From positions 14,446,001 to 14,510,000 of the forward strand of contig CM022667.1 in the NCBI GenBank assembly GCA_012295275.1: a stretch of 64,000 bases of DNA. The letters are read 5' to 3'. Source of the stretch: Chrysomallon squamiferum. Taxonomy: Eukaryota > Animalia > Mollusca. The translations under genes and the position numbers were made by a program. Positions 39,677 to 64,000 of the stretch are shown here, in pieces; within the stretch, counting starts at the first letter, position 1; each line of letters begins with the position of its first letter. The notes beneath the pieces are model-generated. The model was not told where the DNA came from. It did not search any database and saw only the letters and a program-made list of their open reading frames with translations.

Positions 39677-39884
39677 GTTAGTTAGTTAGTTAGTTAGTTT
39701 GTTATTCTTAGTCAAATATTCCTTCCTTTATTAATGTAATAATTCCAATCCAATTTCATCATAAACATTATTTTATTGTACCTTATTTTTCTTATTATTA
39801 ATTTATTTTTTTATTATTTTTAATTAATATTACTGTTGCTTTTGTTACTGATGTCAGTATTATTACTTTAATTTTTATTCTTAT

Positions 39885-40088
39885 TTATTGTTGTTACTAC
39901 TACTATTACTACTATTGTTATATTATTATTATTATTATTATTATTACCTGTACTACTACTGCTACTCCTATGTCTATTACTTCTGCTGCTACTATTATTA
40001 TTGTTGTTATTGTTATGATTATTATTATAACTACTACTACTATTACTACTACTACTACTTCTACTATTACTATTATTATTATTACTAC

Positions 40089-40140
<52 letters not shown>
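39885..40140. repeat. Compound (TAT/TAC)n microsatellite directly upstream of a ZDHHC acceptor
   Basis: Seen directly in sequence; source of the spurious poly-Tyr ORF. Confidence 0.95.
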
Positions 40141-40188
40141 TAAACTGATTCCAGGGAGACCACAGATACACCATTATTAAAGGACCAC

Positions 40189-62120
<21,932 letters not shown>

Positions 62121-63596
62121 CGATATGACGAGGAGACATCCTCACAATAGCTGCTTTATGTTGGGTTTTTTAATGTTGTTTTACTTGTTTTAGCTACAGA
62201 CAGTTTTAATAATTTTCTTCTTCTTCTAAAAACCAGTTTTATTATTAATATGGTTTGTTATATCTTTTTTACATTTAATTATTTATGTGTTAGTATGTTG
62301 GTTTTTAAATTTATTTATTGCTTATATTTTAGAGGATTTTTTTTTATTTAGTTTTGTATTATTTGTTTGATAACTGTCCAGGGTTAATTTTTTAAACACA
62401 CTGTGAAAATGGATATGTCAAATTTCTAATATCTTTCTCAATTTTTATTTCTTATTTCTTATTTTTAATTTTTTCTTTTTCTTTCTTCTTTACTTAAAAG
62501 TTTTTTTAAATTTTTATATTTTTTATATATTTCATTGTTTCTTTGTTTGATGGTTTATAGATTTTTGAGGGGTTGCAGTTTTGATTTCTCATTAAAAATG
62601 CTTGAAATACATTTTATGAATTTGAAAACCATCTGGGGTCCAAGCTGAATTTGTTTCATCCCTAAATATTAAAACAAAACTTATAAGAATTCCATTAGAA
62701 AACATTTCTTCTTCTTCAAAGAATTTATTAGATTTATTAGATTTTGGTCAGGGCATTACAAACAGAGCTTGTGTATAAATACATATATGTGTGTGTATAT
62801 CATACATTTTTTATTCTTCAAAGAATAGCCCAGATTTGTATAGATAGTGATGATTCTTACATAAAAAGTGACAACAGTAAATACTGGTTAGCATGAAGTT
62901 GCAGTATATTTTAATTTCAGTTCTGATGATGGTTTGTAAATTTTATGATAAACAGAATGTTTATTCAGTTCTTATTTTATTTGATGCACACTTGTGTGTT
63001 ATAAATGAACTAGTTTTCATGACCATAATTTTAATATGTTAATCAGATTAATCATCTTAAAACAGATTTGAATGAACTTACGGTTTTAGATATACTTTTG
63101 TTTTTAAAAATGTGGTTCGATTTACCACTGCTCTCAGTTTATTTAATGTTAATTTAATAAGAACCCTGTCTCTGTCTCTCTGTCTCTTTCTCTGTGTGTG
63201 TGTCTGTGTGTCACCTGTGTTTCTGTCTGTCTGTTTCTAAAATACACCAACATTTCACACTGTGATAACTGTTTTATTTCACATAATCAAAAATTGTAAA
63301 AATTAACCCACCTGATTTTCAGTTATAACCACTGTTATACATTTTTATTTATTTTTAAAGGTTTTTTTCAATAATATAATTAATACCACGTTTATTAGCT
63401 ATTAAAATTTAAACTCATTTTGCTTGTGTGATACGTAATTTTTGTTTTATCAAGGTCATAATAGATGTCAATAATTGTATCCATATTACAAATAACATTG
63501 TGTTATAGATTTGTTTTCATCATTATAATCATCATCTTCATCATCATCATTATCATTAATATATTAAAACTATTATTACAGGGATCACAGTTTTAA

Positions 63597-63642
63597 ATTA
63601 TTGTTATTATTATTATTATTGCTGTTGTTATTATCACTATTA

Positions 63643-63673
<31 letters not shown>

Positions 63674-63727
63674 TTATTATTTTTATTATTATTTTTATTA
63701 TTATTATTATTAGTATTAGTATTATTT
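63597..63727. repeat. Imperfect (ATT)n microsatellite
   Basis: Seen directly in sequence. Confidence 0.9.
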
Positions 63728-64000
63728 TAAGAGTATTGGAATAAAAGGTCTGAAGAATTCTGCATTCATCCCAGATATTATTTAATTGTTTTGGGCAAGC
63801 TACCTTCACTAATAATAAAGTATGGCAGTGAACTGTTACTTTCAGAAAACATTGCAATGCCTCCATTTTACTACTGTACAACTTTTTTTTTCTAACACAA
63901 TTAAGAAAAACTTATATGTGATGACATCATGACTACTACCAAAATTGTTTTGCCCAGATATTTTTAATTGTATTCTTTTGCCATTGTTGATCATTTTTAA

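Overview
AT-rich, microsatellite-dense genomic DNA from an invertebrate animal. A mollusc-like lophotrochozoan is my inference from composition and repeat types; it is not proven. Manual GT-AG exon assembly gives five protein-coding genes. In order: the 5' part of TRPC4AP (-, runs off the left edge); an intronless 455-aa ORF (+) that resembles vertebrate C16orf46 at both termini; ATMIN/ASCIZ (-, ~908 aa, 4 coding exons, many TQT motifs); EXOSC7/RRP42 (-, 9 exons, 291 aa); and, head-to-head with it, a ZDHHC3/7-type palmitoyltransferase (+). TRPC4AP intron 2 holds a decayed Gypsy LTR element with Gmr1-like domain order, a nested Mutator-like fragment and an internal duplication. The last ZDHHC intron holds a Tc1/mariner-derived MITE and minisatellites. 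Three observations stand out. First, two gene pairs (C16orf46-like/ATMIN tail-to-tail, EXOSC7/ZDHHC3 head-to-head) match human arrangements as I recall them, suggesting an ancient bilaterian block. Second, an RFX X-box lies in the promoter of the C16orf46-like gene. Third, a candidate spliced antisense transcript interleaved with ZDHHC could encode a 71-aa protein starting MACFCC. Homology calls rest on remembered sequences, not database searches.
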